NCBI GenBank assembly: GCA_902784345.1
Contig: CACZUD010000004.1
Coordinates: 4,495-68,494, forward strand
Direction of reading: 5' to 3'
Length of the DNA: 64,000 nt
Source of the DNA: an uncultured Pseudomonadota bacterium
GTDB lineage: Bacteria > Pseudomonadota > Alphaproteobacteria > Rs-D84
The position numbers and the translations under genes were made by a program. Below are positions 18,763 to 29,588 of the stretch, one piece after another. Position 1 is the stretch's first letter. Each line of letters starts with the position of its first letter. The notes under the pieces were generated by a model. It did not search any database. It was not told the DNA's origin and worked only from the letters and a program-made list of their open reading frames with translations.

Positions 18763-21378
18763 ATGTCACAAAATGAAGTTTTTTCAAATACGCAGAATAT
18801 AGCATCAAACCCATCTGAAAATATATGGGTTCAAGCGAATGCTGGAACAGGAAAAACGACTGTTCTGGTACGTCGTCTTTTGCGAATTTTGTTTCGAAAC
18901 GGCGAATTTAACAACGATATCGCCCCAGGAATACTTTGTTTAACATATACAAACGCCGCCGCAGGCGAAATGCGCAATCGTATTTTAGAGCAACTGCGCC
19001 TGTGGGCAATGGCTGACGATGCAGAATTAACAGAACTTTTGGACGGTATCTCGGAAAATCAGCCCGCATCAAAAAAAGATCTGGCGTATGCACGACGCGT
19101 TTTTTATATGTATATTGACAATCCAGAAGTATTAAAAATAAAGACAATTCATAGTTTTTGCGAAGAAATCCTTCATCGTTTTCCCTTGGAAGCCGGTATA
19201 TCACCGTCTTGGTCGTTGATATCTGGAGCAGCACAGACGGTTTTGTTGCAAGATGCGTTTGATGCAATGATAAGCAAATCTTTCAACGAAACAACCGATA
19301 CAAAGAACACATTAAACGCTTTTAATCGAATTGTAGATATAAAATCAGAGTATTTTTTAGACGAATTACGCGATTTATTATTGTCACGATACCGTGCTTT
19401 TTTTCAAGTTAAAGATGTTTGTAAATACAGAAAATATTTCATTGAAACTACACAAAAAATTTTAAAAATCAACAAAGAATTTAATCCCGATTTTAAACCA
19501 GATTACCTGCAAAAAATTGTCAAATTAGCACAAGACATTCAAAAAAACTCAAAAAAGCCGGCACTGTATATTCAAAACATTATAGATCTTACACAACAAT
19601 ATATTGATAATACTATAAATTTTGAAAAATACAAATCTGCATATCTAACAAACGACAATACCATAAAAAGCATATTAAAAGACGAACTTTTTATAACAGA
19701 GGCAACACGAGTGTATAATATCCAGCAAAACTTGTTGAACGCAACCATTTTTAAAGACACCGTTGCACTTTTTGATTTAGCCTTAGATTTCGCAAACACT
19801 TACCGAAAAATCAAACAAGAACGCAATTTGCTTGATTTCGAAGACTTGATTTTATACACACAAAACCTATTCGAAAAACCCGATGTTATGGGATGGGTAT
19901 TATCACAGCTGGACGTATCGTTATCGCACATATTGGTCGACGAAGCACAAGACACCAGTCCCCAGCAATGGAACATTTTACGCATGTTAGCAGGCGACTT
20001 TTTTACCGACGGCAACACAAAAAATAATCGGTCTTTATTTGTAGTGGGCGACACAAAGCAATCAATATACGGCTTTCAAAACGCCGATCCAAAGGCATTT
20101 GCACTAAGCCGTGACGCCATCGCAGAACAAATAAAAAACAATTATCGCACAATTCATGAAGTTGCTCTGGACCAAAGCTTTCGTTCTGTAAAACCAATAC
20201 TAGATACTGTGGATCACTTCTTTGACAATCCAGAAATCGTTCAGAAAACAGGTTTTTACAACAATAAACACAAATGCTTCAGAATAAAAGACAAAGGATG
20301 CGTTGAAATACACAACGCCTTCAAATGCGACAAAACAGGAACAGAAAAGAACAAACTTTACGTAAATATGCTGGCCGACAAAATAAAAGACATTGTCCAT
20401 GGCGGCCATCAGCCAAAAGATATTATGGTACTGGTTCAAAAACGAGGTGCATTTGTCGACTTATTATCCAAAGCGTTAAAAAAACGCGGTATAGATATTG
20501 CCGGAAACGACAGGATAAAACTACCAGAATTTTCACCTATAAAAGACATGCTGTATCTTGTCAGATTCTGTATTGACCAGTCTGATGATTATAGTTTATG
20601 TTGTGTTTTAAAAAGCCCTTTTTATTGTTTGAAAGAACGCAATATTTTTAATTTGTGCAAAACAAAAAACAACGATAAAAACATATGTATTTTTGATGTT
20701 TTAAACGACCAATTCCCAGATATTTACACAGACCTGATGGAAACGATTGAACAATCAAAAAAATTGTCGCCTTATTCGTTTTTTACATATGTTTTAAACA
20801 AAAATAACACACGTAAAAAATTCATAAAGGCACTTGGCAAACAAGTTATCGACCCAATCGAAGAATTTTTAACAATGTGTTTAGCATACGAAAGAACGCA
20901 ACCAGGGACTCTTAGACACTTTATAAAATGGTTTATAACTGGCGACAGCGAAATCAAGCGCGACATGGACGCATCACAAGGTGTCCGCATAATGACTGTC
21001 CATGGCAGCAAAGGACTGGCTTCCCCCGTGGTATTTTTGATTGATACACTAACTTTTCCAAAACCAGAAATGATATTGAATGCGAATTATCTGCACAACG
21101 ATGCTAAATATGATGTGTGGCTTTGGAAAACCGCGGTCAGCGACACATTACAACCAATTATCGAAAAGAACAAAGCAGACCAAATCGCAGAATACTATCG
21201 ATTGCTGTATGTTGCGATGACACGAACACGCGATGAATTATATATCTATGGTTGCGACACAGAACGTGCACCTGATTTGGTTTGGCACAAACAATTATGG
21301 AATGTTTTCTCTCAAAAATCAGACCTATTTATTAACGACGATACTATACGGATTACAAATGACACAGAACTTAACTAA
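18763..21378 (+). CDS. addA: AddA/UvrD-family helicase lacking its C-terminal nuclease domain
   Basis: ANAGTGKT, KTIHSFC, LVDEAQDT, VGDTKQSIYGF, MTVHGSKGL and RLLYVAMTR motifs. Confidence 0.9.
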   Translation: MSQNEVFSNTQNIASNPSENIWVQANAGTGKTTVLVRRLLRILFRNGEFNNDIAPGILCLTYTNAAAGEMRNRILEQLRLWAMADDAELTELLDGISENQPASKKDLAYARRVFYMYIDNPEVLKIKTIHSFCEEILHRFPLEAGISPSWSLISGAAQTVLLQDAFDAMISKSFNETTDTKNTLNAFNRIVDIKSEYFLDELRDLLLSRYRAFFQVKDVCKYRKYFIETTQKILKINKEFNPDFKPDYLQKIVKLAQDIQKNSKKPALYIQNIIDLTQQYIDNTINFEKYKSAYLTNDNTIKSILKDELFITEATRVYNIQQNLLNATIFKDTVALFDLALDFANTYRKIKQERNLLDFEDLILYTQNLFEKPDVMGWVLSQLDVSLSHILVDEAQDTSPQQWNILRMLAGDFFTDGNTKNNRSLFVVGDTKQSIYGFQNADPKAFALSRDAIAEQIKNNYRTIHEVALDQSFRSVKPILDTVDHFFDNPEIVQKTGFYNNKHKCFRIKDKGCVEIHNAFKCDKTGTEKNKLYVNMLADKIKDIVHGGHQPKDIMVLVQKRGAFVDLLSKALKKRGIDIAGNDRIKLPEFSPIKDMLYLVRFCIDQSDDYSLCCVLKSPFYCLKERNIFNLCKTKNNDKNICIFDVLNDQFPDIYTDLMETIEQSKKLSPYSFFTYVLNKNNTRKKFIKALGKQVIDPIEEFLTMCLAYERTQPGTLRHFIKWFITGDSEIKRDMDASQGVRIMTVHGSKGLASPVVFLIDTLTFPKPEMILNANYLHNDAKYDVWLWKTAVSDTLQPIIEKNKADQIAEYYRLLYVAMTRTRDELYIYGCDTERAPDLVWHKQLWNVFSQKSDLFINDDTIRITNDTELN

Positions 21379-21805
21379 GTTTTTGAAAGAAGCCAAAAAC
21401 AAAGAATTTGCAACGGCTACAGGGACGCAGTCGCACGCGATTTTACAACGCGTAATTATCGATAACAACCAAGAATCGGGGGACACAGATGTTATCCAAA
21501 CCATAAAAGAACATTCAGATTTATTGCCATTTTTTACCAAAGCAGCACAAAACGAAGTTCCTGTTGCTGGAAAAATCCATGGTCGTTTTGTCAGTCGCAG
21601 GATTGATAAATTGTTGATTAATAAAACAACAAAAACTATTGATTTTGTTGACTATAAAACCGACACAAACAAATCTGTATATATTGATAAATATAAAAAT
21701 CAACTGCAAGAATACGCAGAATTGTTGTGTTCTGCATACCCAGACTATCAAATTAACGGTTATATTTTATGGTTGCACGATTGGGTTCTTGATAAAATTA
21801 TTTGA
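21359..21805 (+). CDS. Stand-alone RecB-type PD-(D/E)XK nuclease domain (AddA C-terminus)
   Basis: GT..H, EVPV, RRID, VDYKT and QLQEY motifs; likely start ATG 21359 overlapping the addA end. Confidence 0.8.
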   Translation: MTQNLTKFLKEAKNKEFATATGTQSHAILQRVIIDNNQESGDTDVIQTIKEHSDLLPFFTKAAQNEVPVAGKIHGRFVSRRIDKLLINKTTKTIDFVDYKTDTNKSVYIDKYKNQLQEYAELLCSAYPDYQINGYILWLHDWVLDKII

Positions 21806-21841
21806 TTGAAAAATCATTGTTTTTTTGACTATAATTCAGGC

Positions 21842-23494
21842 ATGTTAAACAGTTTATATATTTCAAATATCGTATTAATTGAAAAACTGAATCTTGGATT
21901 CGGCAAAGGTCTTAATATTATGACCGGCGAAACAGGTGCCGGAAAAAGTATCTTGTTGGACGCGCTGTCTTTAGCGTTGGGTGCACGTTCAGACACAGGA
22001 TTAATTCGTTCCGGTTGTGACAGTGCTTCTGTAACCGCAGAATTTGATTTTATTAACAACAAAACAAAAGAAATATTAAACGAAAACGGCATAGAATTTG
22101 ATGACAACTTAATTTTGCGTCGCACTTTATCAAACGACGGCAAAAGCAGGGCGTGGGTTAATGATGTGCCAGTGTCCGCAAAAGTGTTAAAACAAATTGG
22201 CGACGAAGTTATCGAAATTCACGGACAATTTGAAAACCACTCTTTGCTTGATGCAACAACACATATAACTTCGTTGGACGAATATGCGAAACTAAATTAT
22301 ACGGAATTTAATGATGTTTTATCAAAAACACGCAATGCTTTTAATGATTTGCATCAATCCGAAAAACGATTAAAAGAATTAACTGAATTGCTGGAAAAAT
22401 CCGAAAACGAACGAGATTTTTTGGAACACAATGTATCTGAATTACGCAATCTGAATCCACAAATCGGCGAAGAAGAAGAACTGGCAACTGCGCGTGCAAA
22501 AATGATGGATGCCGAAAAAAACGCGGGGATTTTAAATGATGCATTAGACGTTTTGAAAAACAATGGTAATTCGCTAGATGAACAAATTTGTTCTGTTGCG
22601 CACATCTTGGAACGCATAAAAACAGACCCAAATCCATATTCTGAAACAATCGACAAATTATACGATGCGGCTTCAACTGTGGCAGAAATCAGCGAACAAA
22701 TACACCCGGAAAATACCAATATTGACGATATAGACTCTATCGAAGAAAGATTGTTTGCAATTCGTGCAGCAGCACGCAAACACCGCTGCAGCGCAGATGA
22801 ACTGTCCACCAAATTGGCAGAAATGGAAACGCAATTAAACGCAATCGACAACAGCGATGCAGAATTAAAAAAATGCAAAAGCGAAGTCGAAAAACATTCA
22901 AAAATTTTTACCGAATACGCCAATGTCTTAAGTGATTTAAGAAAGAGGGCATCAGAACAACTGCGCAACCAAATATTATCTGAATTGCCAGATTTGAAAT
23001 TAGGTTCTGCGGATTTTATGGTCGATATTCAAAAATCCGAACCAACAATAAACGGCACAGACAGCGTTGTATTTATGATAAAAACAAACCCAGGAACACC
23101 TTTTGCACCATTACACAAAATCGCATCTGGTGGTGAATTATCGCGTTTTATGTTGGCATTGCGCGTTGCACTTAACAATCCAAACGACAAAAAAACCATT
23201 GTTTTTGATGAATTAGATACCGGAATAAGTGGCGCGACAGCATCAGCAGTCGGCGAAAGATTGAATAAATTGGCGCAAAATGAACAATTATTAGTAATAA
23301 CACATTCTGCCCAGGTCGCGGGTTTTGCGGACAAGCATTTTAAAATATCTAAACACAGCGACAGCAATTCAACAATAACTAATGTCGACGAAATAATCGG
23401 AGATGACAGATTAAACGAAATCGCCCGAATAATCAGTGGTGAAAAGATAACTCCGGAATCCATTGCCAGTGCAAAATTATTGATAAAGCATTAA
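21842..23494 (+). CDS. recN: DNA repair protein RecN
   Basis: TGETGAGKS, EIHGQ, ASGGELSR, VFDE and ITHSAQVA; start re-assigned to ATG 21842. Confidence 0.95.
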   Translation: MLNSLYISNIVLIEKLNLGFGKGLNIMTGETGAGKSILLDALSLALGARSDTGLIRSGCDSASVTAEFDFINNKTKEILNENGIEFDDNLILRRTLSNDGKSRAWVNDVPVSAKVLKQIGDEVIEIHGQFENHSLLDATTHITSLDEYAKLNYTEFNDVLSKTRNAFNDLHQSEKRLKELTELLEKSENERDFLEHNVSELRNLNPQIGEEEELATARAKMMDAEKNAGILNDALDVLKNNGNSLDEQICSVAHILERIKTDPNPYSETIDKLYDAASTVAEISEQIHPENTNIDDIDSIEERLFAIRAAARKHRCSADELSTKLAEMETQLNAIDNSDAELKKCKSEVEKHSKIFTEYANVLSDLRKRASEQLRNQILSELPDLKLGSADFMVDIQKSEPTINGTDSVVFMIKTNPGTPFAPLHKIASGGELSRFMLALRVALNNPNDKKTIVFDELDTGISGATASAVGERLNKLAQNEQLLVITHSAQVAGFADKHFKISKHSDSNSTITNVDEIIGDDRLNEIARIISGEKITPESIASAKLLIKH

Positions 23495-24723
23495 AGTTTC
23501 AACACACCATCAGCAAATTCAATAGATGCAGGAACCGCGGAAACGGTACTGATAATCTTGTTGTCTTTATCGCGAACAATCGCAAAACCACGATTCAAAA
23601 CGTTTTTATACGACAAAGAATTCAACATTTGTCCCATATGTTGCACAGATTGACTTAAAACAGTCAATCTGGTTGATAATATTGTTGGAAAACGCGACAC
23701 TAATTCGACTCTTTGATGAACATATTGCATTTTTTTATCAATAATTATGTTCATTGTACGCATTAAATCGTCTAATTTTTGCGATTGTTCCATCAAGACC
23801 TGTTTAGGATTTTTCAAATTTATCGCGCTTATGCTGCGTTTTAAATTGATTAAATTGTTTGTAAAAGCATTATTTAAACGATGAGATAAATTATCCAATT
23901 CTTGTATCAGCGATATTTTTGTTGGCACTACCATTTCGGCAGCACCAGTTGGAGTAGGCGCCCGAACATCCGCTGCAAAATCTATCAGCATCCAATCTGG
24001 TTCGTGTCCAACGCCTGATATTAACGGAATATGACTTGCCGCAGCAGCCCGAACAACAATTTCTTCAGAAAAAGGCAACAAATCTTCCAGTGCGCCACCA
24101 CCACGCGCAACAATAATAACATCTACATTGTTCATACGATTAAAATATTCAATTCCTGCCGCAACTTCTGCAGCCGCAGTATTCCCCTGAACAGTAGCAG
24201 GATAAAGCAAGACCTTTACAGGAAATCTTTCGCGCAATCTGTTTTGAATATCTTGGAATGCGGCACCTGTTGGACTGGTTACTACACCTATTGTTTGCGG
24301 AAAACGTGGAATAGGTTTCTTGCGCACCGCATCAAACAGACCTTCACGAGCAAGTTTTTGCTTCCTTTCTTCCAGCATTTTAAGAATTGCACCAACACCC
24401 GCCATTTCAATCGAAGAGATTATGATTTGATAATTGCTGCGCGCAGGATAGGTCGTGAAACGTCCTGTTATAATAACCTCTGTACCTTCTTCCAATTTGA
24501 AATTAACAGGCGTTCCACGCCAAATAATCGCATTTATGGCGGCATTCGCATCTTTGATTGTCATATATAAATGTCCAGATGTCGCACGCGTTATTTGTGA
24601 TAATTCACCACGAATACGAATTTCAGGGAACGCTGTTTCTACAACTTTTTTAAGCAAAGCAGAAGCGTCGCTTACGCTGAAAATCATATCTGGTTTAACA
24701 AAGGGTTCTGGTTTTTCTAGCAC
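23491..24723 (-). CDS. xseA: Exodeoxyribonuclease VII large subunit
   Basis: SGHLY, TSPTGAA, RGGG..EDL, VGHE.D and RAPTPTGAAE motifs; start uncertain (GTG 24723). Confidence 0.94.
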   Translation of the reverse strand: MLEKPEPFVKPDMIFSVSDASALLKKVVETAFPEIRIRGELSQITRATSGHLYMTIKDANAAINAIIWRGTPVNFKLEEGTEVIITGRFTTYPARSNYQIIISSIEMAGVGAILKMLEERKQKLAREGLFDAVRKKPIPRFPQTIGVVTSPTGAAFQDIQNRLRERFPVKVLLYPATVQGNTAAAEVAAGIEYFNRMNNVDVIIVARGGGALEDLLPFSEEIVVRAAAASHIPLISGVGHEPDWMLIDFAADVRAPTPTGAAEMVVPTKISLIQELDNLSHRLNNAFTNNLINLKRSISAINLKNPKQVLMEQSQKLDDLMRTMNIIIDKKMQYVHQRVELVSRFPTILSTRLTVLSQSVQHMGQMLNSLSYKNVLNRGFAIVRDKDNKIISTVSAVPASIEFADGVLKL

Positions 24724-24725
24724 AA

Positions 24726-25229
24726 TCAATCTTTTTGTTTGTTTTCTAACAACGGTTTTAACTGCAAAGCTTCGGCAAAACGACCTTCGATATCGTTTTC
24801 TTTAAATTCCATTTTTATTGGTTTGCCTAAAAAATAAGGGACTGTCATTCCTGAATTAGTGTATTGATCATAGGTTAAATCCAAAACGGTTTTTGACGGA
24901 ACATGTAATAAATAATGATGTGGCCCATACGTCCATAATTCATCAATATACATTAATTTCCAATCTGGTTCGCCCCCCATCATTAATGCAAAACCAACAC
25001 TGGACGCACGACAAAAACCATCAGAATCATATCTGAACTTTTTCATGTCTTCGCCCAAATCGGTCCAAAAAGTTTGGTATTTGACATCTTGTAATTTAAA
25101 AGAATCACGAAAATATCGTACCAGATTTTTTGCGCGCACCCGCTGCAATTTGGCCATATTCATTTTTTCAATATCGGTCAATAATTTGCGTGTCGCGTTT
25201 TCATAAAACTGTTCTTTATCTGGTGTCAT
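24726..25229 (-). CDS. Hypothetical protein with a papain/transglutaminase-like Cys-His-Asp pattern
   Basis: GFCRASS...GPHHYL...VLDLTYDQY. Confidence 0.6.
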   Translation of the reverse strand: MTPDKEQFYENATRKLLTDIEKMNMAKLQRVRAKNLVRYFRDSFKLQDVKYQTFWTDLGEDMKKFRYDSDGFCRASSVGFALMMGGEPDWKLMYIDELWTYGPHHYLLHVPSKTVLDLTYDQYTNSGMTVPYFLGKPIKMEFKENDIEGRFAEALQLKPLLENKQKD

Positions 25230-25249
25230 GTTTTATATTATATCATATT

Positions 25250-26374
25250 CTATAATTCAGTCAACGGCCAACGCGGACGTGGCGCAACAGGTTCACGAAC
25301 AACATTTCCAATACGATAGTTTTCCAAGCCTGCCCAAGCAATCATCGCGCCATTATCTGTACACAAATTCATTGGTGGTGCTGCAAACAACATCTTTGAC
25401 TTTTTTGCTAATTCTTCCATCGCGGCACGCACAGCACTGTTTTTGGCAACACCGCCCGCCACAACCATGGTTTTTGGTTGCGCTTTTACAACTCTTTCGT
25501 CGTGCAAAGCATTATGTAATCTGTTTGTAATACAATCAACAACAGCAGATTGGAAAGATGCACAAAAATCATTTATAAACTGTTCATCTATATCAGATTG
25601 CGATGTTTTATCCAGTAACATACGTGCCGCTGTTTTTATGCCTGAAAACGAAAAATCACAACCCGGTTTGTCGCACAATGGTCGCGGAAAATGGAATCTT
25701 TTTGCATTACCAAGTTGCGCACGCTTATCAACAATTGGACCACCAGGGTAACCAAGACCTAGCATTTTTGAGATCTTATCAAACGCTTCACCGGCACTGT
25801 CATCCAATGTTTGTCCGATTAATTCATATTTACCAACACCATGAACCAGCAATATTTGACAATGTCCACCCGATGCTAACATTAATAAATAAGGAAATTC
25901 TACATCTATATTTGTCGAAGAATCACTGGCAGATGCTGCTTTTAATCTTGGCACCAAAGCATGTCCTTCCAAATGATTAACGGCAACCAGCGGTTTGTTT
26001 ACCGCACTTGCTATACCTGTTGCCGCCATCCAACCAACCAAAACCCCACCGATTAATCCAGGACCAGCAGTTGCAGCAACAACGTCAATATCTTCAATTG
26101 TTTTGCCCGCGCGTTCTAATGTTAATTTAATAACTTCATCAATAGCCAATATATGTGCGCGCGCCGCCAATTCTGGCACAACACCACCATATTTTTGATG
26201 TTCTGGAATTTGAGAATATATTATGTGCGACAAAATATTTCTATTGCTGTCAACAATGGCTGCACTGGTTTCATCGCACGAAGATTCAATACCCAAACAC
26301 AAAGTTGTTTTTCCGGAACTTTCGTGTTCAGCACATGCGCCCATATCTGTTATAATAATTTTTTCATCGTTCAT
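25250..26374 (-). CDS. tsaD: tRNA N6-threonylcarbamoyladenosine biosynthesis protein TsaD
   Basis: GIESSCDETS, GGVVPELAARAH, NHLEGH, SGGH and TDNGAMI motifs. Confidence 0.96.
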   Translation of the reverse strand: MNDEKIIITDMGACAEHESSGKTTLCLGIESSCDETSAAIVDSNRNILSHIIYSQIPEHQKYGGVVPELAARAHILAIDEVIKLTLERAGKTIEDIDVVAATAGPGLIGGVLVGWMAATGIASAVNKPLVAVNHLEGHALVPRLKAASASDSSTNIDVEFPYLLMLASGGHCQILLVHGVGKYELIGQTLDDSAGEAFDKISKMLGLGYPGGPIVDKRAQLGNAKRFHFPRPLCDKPGCDFSFSGIKTAARMLLDKTSQSDIDEQFINDFCASFQSAVVDCITNRLHNALHDERVVKAQPKTMVVAGGVAKNSAVRAAMEELAKKSKMLFAAPPMNLCTDNGAMIAWAGLENYRIGNVVREPVAPRPRWPLTEL

Positions 26375-27057
26375 TTTATTTTCACCAATGCTATACCAAG
26401 GTTATGTTTATTCTGTTTGCGTTTATTAACATATGCTTCAAAATCAGTATCCATAACATGTCCGTATTGTCTGGATGCATGTCGCAATATGTTTCCCGGC
26501 AACAAAAAGCCCATATGAACAACCGCTAAATCTGTCCCGATTTTTTCATAAAACCCGCTGCCATCATGTATAAATAGCACAATCAAAGGGGATTGTACAT
26601 CTATTTTTGATAAATTTTTATACGGTATATATTCAACATTGGCCGTCTGTTTTTGAAAATCAGTATCGATATTATGAACTTTTTTAAACCATGACTTTTT
26701 ATCAATCACAACTTTACGCACAGACACATCGCCATATGCACTACTTACATTTTCAAAACCGTTGTTGTTTAACCAATCGGTTTCTATAAAATGATTACGA
26801 GAAACAAAATTAACTTCACCGTTTTTATATCTGATTTTACACAATTTTTCAAAATTATCATTCGCAAGAACAGTTTCAACAAAAGTAGCACAATCAAACG
26901 CATCAAATCTGATTAAAGGATCAATATCGGGTGCCATTTCTTCACCCAAAGGATCTTTTAAATATTTTGAATTTATATATTGTTCGCCGAAATTATCTTG
27001 CTCACCAGTTGTGCAACTTGTTATAAAAAACAATAATAAAAACAATTTATTTTTCAT
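26371..27057 (-). CDS. DUF1460 (NlpC/P60-like amidase) lipoprotein
   Basis: Lipobox ITSC; FDCATFVETVLA, RNHF...W, VHMGF and HAS motifs. Confidence 0.8.
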   Translation of the reverse strand: MKNKLFLLLFFITSCTTGEQDNFGEQYINSKYLKDPLGEEMAPDIDPLIRFDAFDCATFVETVLANDNFEKLCKIRYKNGEVNFVSRNHFIETDWLNNNGFENVSSAYGDVSVRKVVIDKKSWFKKVHNIDTDFQKQTANVEYIPYKNLSKIDVQSPLIVLFIHDGSGFYEKIGTDLAVVHMGFLLPGNILRHASRQYGHVMDTDFEAYVNKRKQNKHNLGIALVKIK

Positions 27058-27388
27058 CTGAATTTACATTCTGTGCGCTCATTTGAATCCCATTATAGCA
27101 AATAACTATTGCGTCGCGTATTAACATTTCATTTGAATCTGGTAAATTTGCTATTTTATCAACGCATTTAAATAATAATCCTTCGTCATTTGCATTCTTA
27201 ACCACGCGATTTAGTGTAGAAATACGCTGCTGATCATCTAAAACCAACCATTTTTTCATACGAGCGTTTTCAAAAGTATGGTTTGGACGAATAAATATCC
27301 CCAGCACAACAAAGATAAACAACAACACAACAATTATAGAAGTTTTTATAAACAGTTTTATCTTTTGTATTTTTGCGTTTTGTTTCAT
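27047..27388 (-). CDS. Small membrane-anchored hypothetical protein
   Basis: Single N-terminal TM; embedded in the operon. Confidence 0.6.
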   Translation of the reverse strand: MKQNAKIQKIKLFIKTSIIVVLLFIFVVLGIFIRPNHTFENARMKKWLVLDDQQRISTLNRVVKNANDEGLLFKCVDKIANLPDSNEMLIRDAIVICYNGIQMSAQNVNSDEK

Positions 27389-27391
27389 ATT

Positions 27392-27751
27392 CTACTCACA
27401 CTTTTCAAGCCAAACATCATAAGTATCATCTTGTAATGGATTTTGTCCAGGTTCGTTACGGTTCATCCAACCACTGAAAATTCTTTCGTCTGTTTTTGTA
27501 TATATTTCAATAAACACAAAGAAATTTTCCGCATCGAAAGGATCGCTTTGTTTGCAACTTCTAACTTTTATGTTTAAACCGTCATACTGTTTTTTCGCAC
27601 CAACTTTGATTGGAACAATTTGTGTTTTACCCGCGGCTTTGTTCATAACACGCAACACCGCAGTATCTTTTTCGACATATGCAAAAGCAGGGGAGTTTGA
27701 TAACAAGAAAAGGGGTGTGATAAACAAACAAAACAATTTAGTAATGTTCAT
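27392..27751 (-). CDS. DUF2155 domain exported protein
   Basis: A.LR..NK..G, VRSC, IFSGWM and YDVWL..C pattern; start ATG 27751 after SD AAGGGG. Confidence 0.8.
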   Translation of the reverse strand: MNITKLFCLFITPLFLLSNSPAFAYVEKDTAVLRVMNKAAGKTQIVPIKVGAKKQYDGLNIKVRSCKQSDPFDAENFFVFIEIYTKTDERIFSGWMNRNEPGQNPLQDDTYDVWLEKCE

Positions 27752-27773
27752 CTCTGCACCCCCTTTAATAGAA

Positions 27774-28166
27774 TTATTTGTCTTCGTTGCCGTTTTTGGC
27801 TTTTGCAGACAAATCTTCAACGATACGAGCTTTCTTGCCAGACAATCCACGCAAGAAGAATAACTTCGAACGACGGACTTTACCGACGCGAACTTTTTCA
27901 ATCTTTTCAATTGCTGGTGTATACAATGGGAATTTACGTTCTACACCAACGCCATAAGATTCACGACGTACAGTGAAAGAAGCATTATTTCCGGTTCCGC
28001 CATCGCGTGCAATAACTACACCTTCGAATATTTGGATACGGAATTTATCACCATCTTTAATTTTTACATGAACTTTGACTGTATCACCAGCTTTGAAAGC
28101 AGGGATAACTTTGTCGCCTTTTAATTTAGCAACTTGTTCTTGTTCAATTTTTTTAATTATGCTCAT
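27774..28166 (-). CDS. rplS: 50S ribosomal protein L19
   Basis: [28 protein letters not shown] and VRRSKL motifs. Confidence 0.96.
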   Translation of the reverse strand: MSIIKKIEQEQVAKLKGDKVIPAFKAGDTVKVHVKIKDGDKFRIQIFEGVVIARDGGTGNNASFTVRRESYGVGVERKFPLYTPAIEKIEKVRVGKVRRSKLFFLRGLSGKKARIVEDLSAKAKNGNEDK

Positions 28167-28842
28167 TTTCATTTTCCTTTATTAAATCCGGACGACGTTG
28201 TTTTGTTATTTCGTCCGATTGTTGTTTCCGCCACCGTTCGATATTGCCATGGTGACCGGACAGCAGGACTTCTGGGACTTTGTGTCCACGCCATACTGAC
28301 GGACGGGTGTATAATGGCCATTCAAGCCCGCCGATTTCGAAACTTTCATTTTGGACGGCCTCATCACCGCCACCAAGGACATTATCTAACACGCGAACGC
28401 AACTGTCAACAAAAACTTGCGCTGCAATTTCACCGCCAGACAATACATAATCGCCAACAGATACTTCTTCAATATCATATTCGTCGATAACCCGCTGGTC
28501 AATACCTTCATACCGACCACAGAGCAGGGTTATTGTATCATATTTTGAATATTCGTGCACTAATTTTTGATTCAAAACTTTTCCACGTGGTGAAAAAAAT
28601 ATGATTTTTCCGACGTTTTTAACGGAATCTATCGCGTTACCTAACACATCAGGACGCATAACCATACCCGCACCACCGCCAAATTGTTCGTCATCAACAC
28701 TGCCATAACTATTTATAGCAAAATCACGAATATTAACGGCATCATATGACCATATTCCCTTGTTCAAAGCACGTCCTACAACCCCCTCGCCAAGGGTTCC
28801 TGGAAACATTTCTGGAAATATAGTCAATATATTAAAGTGCAT
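28153..28842 (-). CDS. trmD: tRNA (guanine37-N1)-methyltransferase
   Basis: [29 protein letters not shown] and LLSGHH motifs. Confidence 0.96.
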   Translation of the reverse strand: MHFNILTIFPEMFPGTLGEGVVGRALNKGIWSYDAVNIRDFAINSYGSVDDEQFGGGAGMVMRPDVLGNAIDSVKNVGKIIFFSPRGKVLNQKLVHEYSKYDTITLLCGRYEGIDQRVIDEYDIEEVSVGDYVLSGGEIAAQVFVDSCVRVLDNVLGGGDEAVQNESFEIGGLEWPLYTRPSVWRGHKVPEVLLSGHHGNIERWRKQQSDEITKQRRPDLIKENENEHN

Positions 28843-29306
28843 TACGCCACCGTTATTGTTCTATTATCTACATCAACTTTTGCACCGACAAAAGACACCA
28901 TTTCGCCATTGTCCATTTCGATAATATCGCCAGCACCAAAGTTTTGAAAACCGTCAACAACGCCGATTTTCTTACCATCACGAATAACACAAAAACCAAT
29001 TAAATCAGATTGATAATATTCGTCAGATTTTAACTTTGGCAAATCGTCACGCAAAATAAATAATTCTGTTCCGCGCAACGATTCTGCCGCATTTCTGTCA
29101 TCAACGCCATCTATCTTGGCAATGATAACATTTTGTTTTAAAACACGAACAAAATGAAAACTTTTGCTGTCGCATTTATCACATACAATGCGAAAAGATT
29201 TAAAATCTTCTGGTTTTTCAGCAAAACTTTGCACCCGAAATTCACCACGAATTCCCTGAGGAGCAACAATTTTACCAACCAAAATATTATTAGCGCTGTT
29301 TTTCAT
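28842..29306 (-). CDS. rimM: 16S rRNA processing protein RimM
   Basis: VGKI..PQGIRGE, DRNAAESLRG, YYQSDLIG and FGAGDI; start ATG 29306. Confidence 0.92.
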   Translation of the reverse strand: MKNSANNILVGKIVAPQGIRGEFRVQSFAEKPEDFKSFRIVCDKCDSKSFHFVRVLKQNVIIAKIDGVDDRNAAESLRGTELFILRDDLPKLKSDEYYQSDLIGFCVIRDGKKIGVVDGFQNFGAGDIIEMDNGEMVSFVGAKVDVDNRTITVA

Positions 29307-29586
29307 TTTCTTTAAAAGTTTTATACAAACGATATTCTTCACAACCGTTTTTGTATGGGCAAGGTGCAAAAGAAGTTCCGTTTTCTATCCCTTTTAACAT
29401 ATCTTTATTGTCCGCATATCTACGTTTTGCCCAATCACAAAACAGTTCACATTTAGTTTCCGGCACATATGGGCAGTCGAACTCCTTAATCTCCTTGCTG
29501 ACACCACTTGCTGTCAAAATATTATATGAACACAAACTTAACACTTGAATTTTTGGTGTAACATAAATAGTTTTGTTCTTTAACAT
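29290..29586 (-). CDS. Small Cys-rich protein with YxxP-type N-terminal leader (paralog B)
   Basis: MLKNKTIYVTPKIQV...ILTASG followed by CPY..C and CPY..C. Confidence 0.65.
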   Translation of the reverse strand: MLKNKTIYVTPKIQVLSLCSYNILTASGVSKEIKEFDCPYVPETKCELFCDWAKRRYADNKDMLKGIENGTSFAPCPYKNGCEEYRLYKTFKENEKQR

Positions 29587-29588
29587 TT

